Part shown: positions 19,834-29,241 of the stretch, in pieces
How positions within the stretch are numbered: the first letter of the stretch is position 1
Layout: the number at the start of each line of letters is the position of its first letter
DNA from: Promethearchaeota archaeon
GTDB taxonomy: Archaea; Asgardarchaeota; Lokiarchaeia; Sigyniarchaeales; SOKP01
NCBI GenBank assembly: GCA_013375475.1
Contig: JABXKD010000016.1
Span: 1 to 49,806, forward strand
Reading direction: 5' to 3'
Length of the DNA: 49,806 bases
Notes under the pieces: generated by a model
The model's database searches: none
What the model saw: only the letters and a program-made list of their open reading frames with translations
What the model was told of the DNA's origin: nothing
Translations under genes and position numbers: made by a program

Positions 19834-21963
19834 CTAACGTTTAATGTAATCGACCTTAAAGGAAGCTAATTTTCCTTTTTTGACAATAATTTCTCGAAAG
19901 GCTCCTGCTAAATTTGGTTTAAAGTAGCTTCCTAAACCCAATGCGGGGGTTTGCACAATGTAAGGAGCCTTAAGTTCAACTTCTTCTGGAGTATCGATTT
20001 GTTCAGAATAAAAATCATAAAAAATTGCTGCAGGAATTTCTAACTTCTCTAAACTATAAGGACCTGTGCTTGAAGCATTAGTAGTTAAATTCTGAGGATT
20101 ACTCAGTCTAAACTCCTTTAACTGATGGGTATGTCCCGAAAGCGTAAGAATACAAAAATCAAGACAAAATTTAAGAAGCTTAGCCCAGTTTGAAGAAATT
20201 GTTCCATATTTTACATCAAATTTACCGTCAATTCGAGCTGAGGACCCTTTTTTTCCTAATTTCGCTAAGATAGATTCTTTATATTGTTCAATTGAGGTAA
20301 AAATGTCTTGAGGAGTTTTTGATAAAGAAAAACGTTTAAATGAGCTAATATTTTTTTTAGGATTAATTGGAGGGCCATGAATCAGAAGAAATGTGTTGCT
20401 TCCTGATTTAATTTCAGTATTAGCTAAATTTTCTAAATACTTTATCTGTTTGTTCGTAAGTCCAGTAACTGAAGGATGTCCACTCACGAAATCAATTATA
20501 TTTTTAAATGAGTCTGAGCCTGAATTTAAGAATATGAAATTATTTTCTCCTAATTTCAGGTAATAATCCAAAGAGGAATTGATTTCTCTTAGGTAACCCT
20601 TCAGAGATTGAAAACTTTTGGTAATTGAACCTATTGGATTTGCCAGCAACTCGTCGTTTAAAGCGATCGCTTCATCTCCAGTTAAACCTATTTTCTTGTA
20701 TAAATTACCCCATCTGAGGTCGTAATGGTAATTGCGAAAGTCATGATTTCCGACTTCTGTAAATAAAGGACAGAGTATCTCATCTCCAGAAACCATCCCT
20801 CTTCTTTTTTCTTGAGGAAAATTTAAGACAATTTCTTTAAAAATTCGCCAGTTACTATATTCGTAGTCAAAATCTATAGTTTTTCTTTTTTCCTTGTCAA
20901 TTTTAGAGATTACTGCAAAATCGATAAGATCACCAGTTAGAACTATAAAATCTAAATCATTTTGCATTACTTGTTTATTTGTAAGTTTAATTAAATTTCT
21001 AAAGTTATTATTAGGGTTTATATATCGCTTGTGGAGAGCTTTTACATTCTTAGCTTTTTCTTCTGGTTGCTTCATTAATAATCGCTGGAAAAAAGAAAGT
21101 GCTTTTGCACTTTGAGCAACAATTTCGCTAACATCTGATTTTCTTACTAATGTTTTCCATTTTCTAACTATTTCATAAATTCTGTCATTGCGCTCAGCTA
21201 GATGTAAATCCGTTGCGTGAAAAAACTTGAAATCTATCCACTTATTTTTTGATACAACTATAGAATGATAATTGATCCACTCCTTCTTATCAGGTCGGCT
21301 TAGTTCAATATCAAACATAATAAAGTTAAAACTGGTCAAAAACTTAATAACTTCGTTAGAAAGGTTAAAAAAGATATTCGCTGTGTAATACTTATTTAAA
21401 CTTCCATAAATTTCGTGCTTGATAAGATAATTCTGAGGGTTAATATAATTATCAAATCTTGGATTATCAATCTCATAAAAACTTGCATCCTCAAACTTTG
21501 ACACTATCGGTTTTATCTCCTCTCCACGAAAAGCGCGTGGTCTTAATTTGGTTATTTCTTCGGTTGGGATAATATCAAATTTTACCCCTTTAGAATCTGT
21601 AAGTCCACCTTCGATTGTTGCTTCTTCTTCAATCTTCTCCTTTTTATCCCTTTTAAAAATGCTCTTAATTCTACTCCAAATGCTTCTTTTTTTTTCCTTT
21701 TCAAGCTTTGCCAAGCGTTCTTCCTTCGCTCTCTCGAGATATTCTAACAATTTCCACTTGTATTCAAGAATGGGAGTTAAACTAATGTTATTCTTGACAT
21801 ATTCCTCAAACTGTGCTAAAGAGTCAAGATTACTTACAAATAATAACTTTAATTCAAATTTATGATTCTTTAAATCATTATCTATATGTAAAAATAGAGG
21901 ATGCCCTAAATTTGGGCTAACCAGTAAAGCATTTTTGGGTCGAATACTCTCAGATTCAATCAA
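19834..21963 (-). CDS. Calcineurin-like metallophosphoesterase with long N-terminal extension
   Basis: TDLH, TGDLID, GNHD, IHGPP, SGHTH motifs in order. Confidence 0.82.
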   Translation of the reverse strand: MIESESIRPKNALLVSPNLGHPLFLHIDNDLKNHKFELKLLFVSNLDSLAQFEEYVKNNISLTPILEYKWKLLEYLERAKEERLAKLEKEKKRSIWSRIKSIFKRDKKEKIEEEATIEGGLTDSKGVKFDIIPTEEITKLRPRAFRGEEIKPIVSKFEDASFYEIDNPRFDNYINPQNYLIKHEIYGSLNKYYTANIFFNLSNEVIKFLTSFNFIMFDIELSRPDKKEWINYHSIVVSKNKWIDFKFFHATDLHLAERNDRIYEIVRKWKTLVRKSDVSEIVAQSAKALSFFQRLLMKQPEEKAKNVKALHKRYINPNNNFRNLIKLTNKQVMQNDLDFIVLTGDLIDFAVISKIDKEKRKTIDFDYEYSNWRIFKEIVLNFPQEKRRGMVSGDEILCPLFTEVGNHDFRNYHYDLRWGNLYKKIGLTGDEAIALNDELLANPIGSITKSFQSLKGYLREINSSLDYYLKLGENNFIFLNSGSDSFKNIIDFVSGHPSVTGLTNKQIKYLENLANTEIKSGSNTFLLIHGPPINPKKNISSFKRFSLSKTPQDIFTSIEQYKESILAKLGKKGSSARIDGKFDVKYGTISSNWAKLLKFCLDFCILTLSGHTHQLKEFRLSNPQNLTTNASSTGPYSLEKLEIPAAIFYDFYSEQIDTPEEVELKAPYIVQTPALGLGSYFKPNLAGAFREIIVKKGKLASFKVDYIKR

Positions 21964-22107
21964 GGTTCAATAATCTACAATTCAATATTAATTTCTTACT
22001 TAATGAAGAAGACTCGAGCCCTAATAAGTTTTTATTTGATCTTATTGAATCTTAAGATCTTCTTAAGTTTATTATTAAAATGCGATCTCTAATTTTAATA
22101 AAAGTCG

Positions 22108-22147
22108 TTCTTTTGATTAGCGGCGCTTTTCCGCTGATAAAAGAAAT
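22108..22147. other. Intergenic stem-loop downstream of the Sm gene
   Basis: TTCTTTT-G-ATTAGCGG/cgctttt/CCGCTGAT-AAAAGAA. Confidence 0.6.
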
Positions 22148-22181
22148 CATTAATCTCTTCCAAAACCTAAAGTCGGCAGAG

Positions 22182-22469
22182 CTAGCCTGCTAGATTTACA
22201 AATATAACATTGTCCCCACGAACTACGATATTTCCAAGGTCTTCATGCTCTTCTTTTATAGCGCCATCTTCATCCATATATTCAAAAAGTTGACTTGTTC
22301 CTTCAAGATATAGATTAAGATGCTCATCAAATCCCATAAGCATACCTCTAAACAACCGATTTCGTTTAACTTTTATCAATATGACCTTATTAACAGAATT
22401 TCTCAAATAATCTATAGGTCTGTTAGGTTTACCCTGTTGGTAATTTCTTCTTTCCATTTCTCTTAACAC
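22182..22469 (-). CDS. Sm/LSm (SmAP1-like) RNA-binding protein
   Basis: RPIDYL, FRG.LMGFDEHLNLYL (Sm1), IVVRGDNVIFV (Sm2). Confidence 0.92.
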   Translation of the reverse strand: MLREMERRNYQQGKPNRPIDYLRNSVNKVILIKVKRNRLFRGMLMGFDEHLNLYLEGTSQLFEYMDEDGAIKEEHEDLGNIVVRGDNVIFVNLAG

Positions 22470-22718
22470 TAAAAATAACTATTTCAAAAAAATCTAATAT
22501 AATAATTTAAATTGAAGTTCAGAATTAAAACCTTTTGTTTATTTATTCTAATATGTTTAAAAAGATCACAAATAATTAACTAACCATATTATCTGTTTCA
22601 TATTCTTTATAGACTTGTTTTTATGAAAATATATGGTCTTAGATGGATTTGTAGAAAATACTCTATGAAGAATCAAAAAAGATATATGGGATATATGCCT
22701 AATATCTTTTATAACCAA

Positions 22719-22841
22719 AGGCCCGTAGCGAAGCATGGATATCGCAGCTGCCTCCTACATACTCTTTATGGGGAAAGCAGAAGGTCGGGGGTTCAAAGGG
22801 ATATATATTTCGCATTTCTTGAATACATCCCCTCGGGCCTG
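22719..22841 (+). tRNA. tRNA-Arg(CCU) with two introns (22758-22775 at 37/38; 22797-22826 at 58/59)
   Basis: Acceptor AGGCCCG/CGGGCCT, D-arm GCGA/TCGC, anticodon CCT at 22754-22756, T-arm GGGGG-TTCAA|AT-CCCCT; both inserts form BHB motifs; CCA not encoded. Confidence 0.92.
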
Positions 22842-22870
22842 CTTTTTTATTATTTAGATATTTGATATTG

Positions 22871-22906
22871 CGTTATTACACATCATACATAACGTAAATT
22901 TATATA
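22871..22906 (+). promoter_or_regulatory. ModE-like palindrome followed by TATA box upstream of aor
   Basis: CGTTAT-N12-ATAACG (22871-22894); TTTATATA at 22899-22906. Confidence 0.55.
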
Positions 22907-22950
22907 ATTGCCTATCACATATATTAAATGCCTAAAAAAGAGGTGAAATT

Positions 22951-24687
22951 ATGTCAAAAAGAATTTTAAGAGTAGATATGACAAAACTTGAAGCGAAATT
23001 TGAGGACTTACCCGCAGATTTCGTAGCTCTAGGTGGGCGCGCTCTTACCTCTACAATTGTTGCGAAGGAAGTTGATCCACTTTGCCATCCATTAGGTCCA
23101 AATAATAAACTTGTATTTGCTCCTGGTTTGGTGACTGGAACAAAAGCTCCAACTTCGGGAAGAATTTCGGTTGGAGCAAAGTCTCCGTTAACGGGGGGTA
23201 TAAAAGAGGCAAATGCTGGAACCAATTTTTCTCAGAAATTAGGAAGAATGAGGATAGCAGCTATTGTAGTCGAAGGTAAACACGCAGGAGATGACTATTA
23301 TCTCTTAAAAGTAACAATGGATGGCACTGAATTCGTTAATGCTGCTAAGTGGTTAAACAAGGGACTTTACGAGGTATATAAAGATTTATTTAAGGAATTT
23401 GGAGATAAGGTAGGTATTAGTGGCGTTGGTATTGCGTCTGAAATAATGGGAGCTGCTTCGGGTATATGTTTTAACGATCCTGAAGGATTACCTAGTCGAT
23501 ACGCAGGACGAGGAGGACTTGGAGCGGTTATGGCTTCAAAAGGACTAAAATTCATAATAGTTGACGAAACTGGAGCACCTGGAGTAGAAATTCTGAACCA
23601 AGAAGCTTTTGATATGGGTGTTAGAAAGCTAAGAAACGCACTCACAACCCACGATGTAACGAAACCGGGTGGAGCACTTAATTCATATGGTACAGCTGTT
23701 CTTGTTAACATTATAAACGAGGCTGGAGGATTACCACAACGTAATTTTTCATCGGGTCAAGACGATAGATCTGAAAAAGTGTCTGGAGAAGTAAAAGCTG
23801 ATGAAATTAAGAAGCGAGGTGGTCAACGTCCTCATTTCTGTAGTCCTGGATGTATTATTCAATGTTCTGAAGTGTGGACTAAACCCGGAGGAAAAGATCC
23901 CGTCGGAGTATTAGAATACGAAAGCGTATGGGCACTAGGTCCAAATTGTGGCATTTACGATTTGGAAGTAATTGGAGAATTAAATAGAGCGTGTAACAAT
24001 TTAGGTTTAGATACGATTGAAACAGGTGATTTACTTGCAGTAGCAATGGAAGGTGGCTTAACTGAATTTGGAAACGGTAAAGGAGCCTTAAAATTAATGG
24101 ACGAAATTAAGAACAAAACCCCTACCGGTAGAATTTTAGCTAACGGAACCGCATATGTAGGCAAAGCATTCGGAGTAACTAGAGTTCCTGTTGTAAAAGG
24201 GCAAGGTTTACCAGCATACGATCCACGGGCGATAAAAGGTATAGGAGTGACTTACGCAACCACACCGATGGGAGCAGATCACACAGCAGGATACGCTATT
24301 GCTACTGAAATTATGGGAGTTGGTGGAACAGCCGACCCTAAAGACACTAAAAAAGCAGACTTATCACGCAACTTACAGATTGCTACAGCCGCCGTTGATG
24401 CAACAGGGTATTGTCTTTTCATCGCGTTTGCGATATTAGATATCCCTGAAGGATTAGAAGGTGTTGTTGATACGCTTAATGGGGTATTAGGGACAAGTCT
24501 TACGGTAGATGATGTTCCAGGTTATGGGAGATCAATTATAGATACTGAGAGAGCGTTTAATAAAGCAGCAGGATTTACAGATAAACACGATAGGTTACCA
24601 GAATTCTTCTTAAAGGAGCCACTAGCACCTCACAATGACGTTTTTGGTGTAACGGACGACGAACTAGATAGAGTTTGGGGAGCATAA
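22951..24687 (+). CDS. aor: Aldehyde:ferredoxin oxidoreductase (W/Mo-pterin AOR family)
   Basis: KSPLTGGIKEANAG, AGRGGLGAVMASKGLK, CSPGCIIQC, EYES, GLDTIE, DRLPEFF. Confidence 0.93.
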   Translation: MSKRILRVDMTKLEAKFEDLPADFVALGGRALTSTIVAKEVDPLCHPLGPNNKLVFAPGLVTGTKAPTSGRISVGAKSPLTGGIKEANAGTNFSQKLGRMRIAAIVVEGKHAGDDYYLLKVTMDGTEFVNAAKWLNKGLYEVYKDLFKEFGDKVGISGVGIASEIMGAASGICFNDPEGLPSRYAGRGGLGAVMASKGLKFIIVDETGAPGVEILNQEAFDMGVRKLRNALTTHDVTKPGGALNSYGTAVLVNIINEAGGLPQRNFSSGQDDRSEKVSGEVKADEIKKRGGQRPHFCSPGCIIQCSEVWTKPGGKDPVGVLEYESVWALGPNCGIYDLEVIGELNRACNNLGLDTIETGDLLAVAMEGGLTEFGNGKGALKLMDEIKNKTPTGRILANGTAYVGKAFGVTRVPVVKGQGLPAYDPRAIKGIGVTYATTPMGADHTAGYAIATEIMGVGGTADPKDTKKADLSRNLQIATAAVDATGYCLFIAFAILDIPEGLEGVVDTLNGVLGTSLTVDDVPGYGRSIIDTERAFNKAAGFTDKHDRLPEFFLKEPLAPHNDVFGVTDDELDRVWGA

Positions 24688-24695
24688 CTTAAAAT

Positions 24696-24983
24696 ATGAC
24701 TATCTTAGTGAAAATTTTCGGTGACTTGCGGAAAAAAATTGAAGGGTTTGATGTCACAAACTCATTACCCTTAAATTTACACATTGATAGCGATGGAATT
24801 AATACTATTGCTGATATATTAAATAAATACGCAATTGAAAAGGAAGAAACCGGCCATCTATTTGTTAATGGAACATACTCGGGATTTAGGAAGAAAGTAA
24901 AAGATGGCGATAGAGTTGGCTTATTTCCTAATAATATGAAACTGTTATACAAATGGTACTTTACAAGACATGAAGATGAATGA
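24696..24983 (+). CDS. MoaD/ThiS-like beta-grasp protein lacking C-terminal GG
   Basis: VKIFGDLR, LFVNG, VKDGDRVGLFP, then NNMKLLYKWYFTRHEDE. Confidence 0.75.
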   Translation: MTILVKIFGDLRKKIEGFDVTNSLPLNLHIDSDGINTIADILNKYAIEKEETGHLFVNGTYSGFRKKVKDGDRVGLFPNNMKLLYKWYFTRHEDE

Positions 24984-25221
24984 AACAAAAGAGATAAACG
25001 CGACAGTGAAATTTTTCGCTAATTTAAGGAGTGGAGCCCCTCCAAAAAAAAAAGTTTCATTACCTGTCGGAAGCAGAGTAAGCACAATATTAGAAATGTT
25101 CAGTATTCCAAAAGATATAAAATTGATAATTCTAATAAACGGTGCACCACACCAAACAAGAGAAACAATTGTCAAGAATGGTGATATTGTAGCGATTTTC
25201 CCTCCACTTGCGGGAGGATAA
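24976..25221 (+). CDS. MoaD/ThiS/SAMP sulfur-carrier protein
   Basis: VKFFANLR, ILING, GDIVAIFPPLAGG C-terminus. Confidence 0.88.
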   Translation: MNETKEINATVKFFANLRSGAPPKKKVSLPVGSRVSTILEMFSIPKDIKLIILINGAPHQTRETIVKNGDIVAIFPPLAGG

Positions 25222-25263
25222 TGAAAATTTAAAAAAATTTTATTTTTTTCTTTAATTATCTAA

Positions 25264-25824
25264 TTATTTCTTGTTTTCTAACCAATCTTCTTTAAATAGC
25301 GAATAAACAAACGTATCATAATATTCCCCATTAACATACATATTTTTTTTAAATGTAGCTTCGCGGGTAAACCCATTCTTTTCCGCACAATGCCAAGATC
25401 CGATGTTAACAGAATTTATTCCGGCATAAATTAAGTAAAGGTTTAATTCGTTGAAAGCATATTCAACCATTAGACGCGTTACTTCTTCGCCTATCTTCTG
25501 CCCCCAATATTCAGGTTCACCTATAACTAAGCCTAACCATCCTTTTTGACCATACCAATCAATATCGTTAACCGCTCCAAACCCAATTGATTTTTTATCT
25601 TTTTTGTGCCACACTTCAAAGTTTATTTCTCTTTTCATTCTATCTTTAGATGGCTCAAAAAATTTTTTCATATCTTCAACGGTATTTGGAATTATATTTC
25701 GAGAATATATGCGCACATTTGGTGTATTTTCCCACTTTACATACAGGTTGATGTTTTTGCTATTTAATGGGACTAAATCGATAATTTCTCCCTTAATAAA
25801 TACTGGAACTTGAGAATCGTTCAT
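25264..25824 (-). CDS. RimJ/RimL-type GNAT acetyltransferase (copy 4)
   Basis: IGEPEYWGQKIG, FNELNL, N..S...AEKNGF.RE; likely ATG 25824 by alignment with neighbour. Confidence 0.88.
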   Translation of the reverse strand: MNDSQVPVFIKGEIIDLVPLNSKNINLYVKWENTPNVRIYSRNIIPNTVEDMKKFFEPSKDRMKREINFEVWHKKDKKSIGFGAVNDIDWYGQKGWLGLVIGEPEYWGQKIGEEVTRLMVEYAFNELNLYLIYAGINSVNIGSWHCAEKNGFTREATFKKNMYVNGEYYDTFVYSLFKEDWLENKK

Positions 25825-25841
25825 AATTATACCAATTTTGA

Positions 25842-26405
25842 TTAAATTTTTTTCTTGGTTTTTAACCAATCTTCTTTTAATAACGAATAAACAAATCTAT
25901 CAAAATATTTCCCATTAATGTAATTATCTTTCTTAAATGTAGCCTCGCGGACAAATCCATTCTTTTCAGCACAACGCCAAGATCCGATGTTAGCAGAACT
26001 TATTCCGGCATAAATTTTGTAAAGGTTTAATTCGTTGAAAGCATATTCAACCATTAGACGTGTTACTTCTTCACCTATTTTCTGTCCCCAATATTCAGGC
26101 TCACCTATTTCTAAGCCCAACCATCCTTTTTGAGTATACCAATCGATTTCTACTCTTCCGAAACCTATGGTTTTTTCATCTTTTTTGTGCCAGACCTCAA
26201 AGGAAATATCTCTCTTAGTTTTATCATTGGAGGGCTCAAAGTTCTTTTTCATATCTTCGATAGTTCGTGGAAAAATGTTTCGAGAATATATACGTACATC
26301 AGAGTCATTTTTCCACTTTGCAAATAGGTTAATATTTTTACTATTTAGTGGCACAAAATTGATGATTTCTCCCTCAATAAATACAGGAACTTGAGATTCG
26401 TTCAT
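25842..26405 (-). CDS. RimJ/RimL-type GNAT acetyltransferase (copy 3)
   Basis: Same motifs; close paralogue of 25264-25824. Confidence 0.88.
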   Translation of the reverse strand: MNESQVPVFIEGEIINFVPLNSKNINLFAKWKNDSDVRIYSRNIFPRTIEDMKKNFEPSNDKTKRDISFEVWHKKDEKTIGFGRVEIDWYTQKGWLGLEIGEPEYWGQKIGEEVTRLMVEYAFNELNLYKIYAGISSANIGSWRCAEKNGFVREATFKKDNYINGKYFDRFVYSLLKEDWLKTKKKI

Positions 26406-26426
26406 TATTTTTCCAACATTTTAATA

Positions 26427-27023
26427 TTATTTTTCGTTTGCTTTCATCCAATCTCTCTTGAAAAGAGCGTATTTATGAACGTCGTGATATGTCCCATCAA
26501 CGTATTCTTCTTCTTTAAAAACGCCTTCTTTTTTAAATCCTAATTTTTCAGCAGCACGGTGAGACCTTTCATTAGGCGTGTATATTCCTGCATATATCTT
26601 GTGCAAGTTTAATTCGCTAAAACCATATTCAATCACTAATCTTGAAGCTTCACCCGCTATACCTTTTCCCCAATATTCGGGTTCTCCGATCATGGCAAAT
26701 ATATTCGCATTACGATCCACCCACCGGATATGACCAAATCCAATATTACCTATTGGACGCTTATCGATCTTATGGTATATTGTAAAAGTGATAAATTCCC
26801 TTAGTTGTCCTCTTGGAGGGGGTTCTAACCATTTTTTTAATTCCTCAATAGTCCGCGGCCAATTGTTTCGAGAATATCGTCGTACTTCTGGATCGTTATT
26901 CCACTTACAAAATAAATCTATCCACTTAGTATTTTCAGCAACTAAGTCAATTCTTTCACCCCTGATGAAAGGAAAAACCTCAAGTTCTTTTTCTTCTTCT
27001 TTTTTTTCGTTTTCTTCTGTCAT
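26427..27023 (-). CDS. RimJ/RimL-type GNAT acetyltransferase (copy 2)
   Basis: EYWGKGIA, N.RS.RAAEKLGFKKEG. Confidence 0.88.
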   Translation of the reverse strand: MTEENEKKEEEKELEVFPFIRGERIDLVAENTKWIDLFCKWNNDPEVRRYSRNNWPRTIEELKKWLEPPPRGQLREFITFTIYHKIDKRPIGNIGFGHIRWVDRNANIFAMIGEPEYWGKGIAGEASRLVIEYGFSELNLHKIYAGIYTPNERSHRAAEKLGFKKEGVFKEEEYVDGTYHDVHKYALFKRDWMKANEK

Positions 27024-27053
27024 ATTTTACTTCATCCTGAAAGTGTTTAACGG

Positions 27054-27644
27054 CTATACCTCATTTGCTTTCATCCAATCTCTCTTGAAAAGAGCGAATT
27101 TATGCTCGTCGAGATATTGCCCATCAACATATTGTGATTCCTTTATAATCCCTTCTTTTTCAAAGCCTAGCTTCTCTGCTGCGCGAAGCGATCTTGCGTT
27201 TGGAGAATACACTCCAGCATAGATTTTGTGAAAATTCAGCTCAGTAAATCCATACCTAATTAATAATTTAGTAGCTTCTCCTATGATACCCCGCCCCCAA
27301 TATTCCTGTTCTCCGATGGATCCGAATATATTTGCGTTTCGATTAACCCAATTGATGCGACCAAACCCAACAATGCCTATAGGACGTTTATCACCTTTAT
27401 GATATATTGTAAATACGACATGATCCCTCATGTGTCTGTCTGCTGGCGGTTCAAACCATTTTTTTACATCTTCAAGAGTAAGGGGCCACATATTTCTGGC
27501 GTAATGTCGTACGTTTGGACTATTATTCCATTTACATTGTAATTTTGCCCATTTAGAGTTTCCCGCAACTAAATCGATTCTTTCTCCTTCTATGAAAGGA
27601 AAAACATCTTCATCATCTTGTTTATTTTCTTCTGATTCACTCAT
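27054..27644 (-). CDS. RimJ/RimL-type GNAT acetyltransferase (copy 1)
   Basis: EYWGRGII, NARSLRAAEKLGFEKEG; close paralogue of 26427-27023. Confidence 0.88.
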   Translation of the reverse strand: MSESEENKQDDEDVFPFIEGERIDLVAGNSKWAKLQCKWNNSPNVRHYARNMWPLTLEDVKKWFEPPADRHMRDHVVFTIYHKGDKRPIGIVGFGRINWVNRNANIFGSIGEQEYWGRGIIGEATKLLIRYGFTELNFHKIYAGVYSPNARSLRAAEKLGFEKEGIIKESQYVDGQYLDEHKFALFKRDWMKANEV

Positions 27645-27796
27645 GTTTTAAAACCAAATTTTGGTGGTTTATATTTTGAATTGAACGAAATTTATTAATA
27701 CTTGAAGAAATTAAAGTTTTTCCTAATTTGTTTCTCTTAAAACTCACTTTATAGGGGCTCTGAAGATAAGGAAATATTGATTATAAGGAGAAATAG

Positions 27797-28987
27797 CTAA
27801 AGGTACTCGCTTTTTACCCTTGAAAACGCCGTAAGTATTAAAATCATTATCCCAATGATTATAAACATGATAAACAAGTTCCATTGTACAATTAGTCCGA
27901 CTAATGGATACAAAATCGCCATTGAAACGCTTCCAAACATGTTAATCGTGCTAAGAACGGTAGCTCTATTTTCAGATTCAATTTGCTTATTAATTCCGTT
28001 TATGTATATAAGACCTCGAGTGTATCCAAAACTTACAATAAGAAAAAGCATTAAAACACCGATGGGAGGGAATACGGAGAAACCTAATATGATGTAAGCA
28101 ATTCCGTTAATAACATTAACTGTAATTAACATTTTCTTCTTACTATTAACTTTTTCAAGGAATTTTGGAATTAATATGTTAAATATTGCGTTAAATATAT
28201 TCATCGCTGCAAGGATAAAACCAAACGCCCAGATTGGGAGATTAACAGAAGTTAAATACGGTTGATATGTCCAAAATAAAAGGTGTATAAAAATCTGTAC
28301 GAATAACCTATCAAAACAAAGGATTCTTATAATTTTATTTTTCCTTAACTCGTTAAAACCATCCTTCAATATTGTTAAATATCTTTTGGTTTTCTCTTCT
28401 CTTACTAATTTTGGCTCTTTAAATGTAAAAGAAGTAATAAATGCTCCAATATAAATCAAGCCTAAACATGTCATAGTAAACTGTAAAGAGACAATCCCTG
28501 CAATAATAGAGCCTAAAGGTGCGGATATAATGTTTGCGATTATGTGTAATAAATAAGTTCTCCCTAAAACCTTTGTTAGTTTATCCTCCTCACCAGTTGT
28601 TTTTAAAGTACTATAAATAAACGCTTCGTCTGTTCCAGAATGTAGAGCTATACTAAACGCCCAGAATGTTTCAGCTAAGAAGAATAGGAAGATGTTCGGA
28701 TAAATACTATAAGTAAATGCGGCTGCAACAACAAATAAAGAGGATAAAATCAAGGCTGTTTTTCGACTTAGATAATCAGCAATAGCTCCGGAGGGGATTT
28801 CGAGAATAAATATCATAAACATAAAATAACTCTGCAAGAGCATCATCTCAAAAAAGGTTAAACCTCCCCACTCAGTCATATATGGAAAATAAACGCCCCG
28901 AACTGTATGAATTCCAAAAATGAATATCCATATGTAGAATTTCAAAATATTTCTTGAAATGTTGTTCTTTTTTTCTTCTCGGCTCAC
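27797..28987 (-). CDS. MFS transporter
   Basis: ~12 TM; EIPSGAIADYLSRK motif A, SGTDEA, RATVLS. Confidence 0.88.
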   Translation of the reverse strand: MSREEKKNNISRNILKFYIWIFIFGIHTVRGVYFPYMTEWGGLTFFEMMLLQSYFMFMIFILEIPSGAIADYLSRKTALILSSLFVVAAAFTYSIYPNIFLFFLAETFWAFSIALHSGTDEAFIYSTLKTTGEEDKLTKVLGRTYLLHIIANIISAPLGSIIAGIVSLQFTMTCLGLIYIGAFITSFTFKEPKLVREEKTKRYLTILKDGFNELRKNKIIRILCFDRLFVQIFIHLLFWTYQPYLTSVNLPIWAFGFILAAMNIFNAIFNILIPKFLEKVNSKKKMLITVNVINGIAYIILGFSVFPPIGVLMLFLIVSFGYTRGLIYINGINKQIESENRATVLSTINMFGSVSMAILYPLVGLIVQWNLFIMFIIIGIMILILTAFSRVKSEYL

Positions 28988-29241
28988 TTGAATTCACCTA
29001 TATAAAATTAACCAGAATCCATTTGTTATTAATTTAATGATTGCAGAGTTCAAGATAGTTCGAAACCAGTTCTTATCGAATTGAGTTAGAATAATTTTAT
29101 GAAAAATAGAAAAAAAAATTGGGAATTTTTTTAAATTTGTGTTTAGACTTACATCACTTTTAAAGAATAATTAATAAAGGATATAGATCGAGAACGAATA
29201 AAAAATAAAAAAAAAATTATTGTTGAATTATTCAAATTGGA

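Noticed and set aside
22048-22066. CTTAAGA-TCT-TCTTAAG inverted repeat
   Set aside because: Short and AT-rich; plausible by chance
22623-22865. 80-aa ORF in the track
   Set aside because: Overlaps the two-intron tRNA-Arg and has no protein-like features
29040-29095. GTTCGAAACC T-loop-like sequence downstream of the histone gene
   Set aside because: No cloverleaf or acceptor stem could be built
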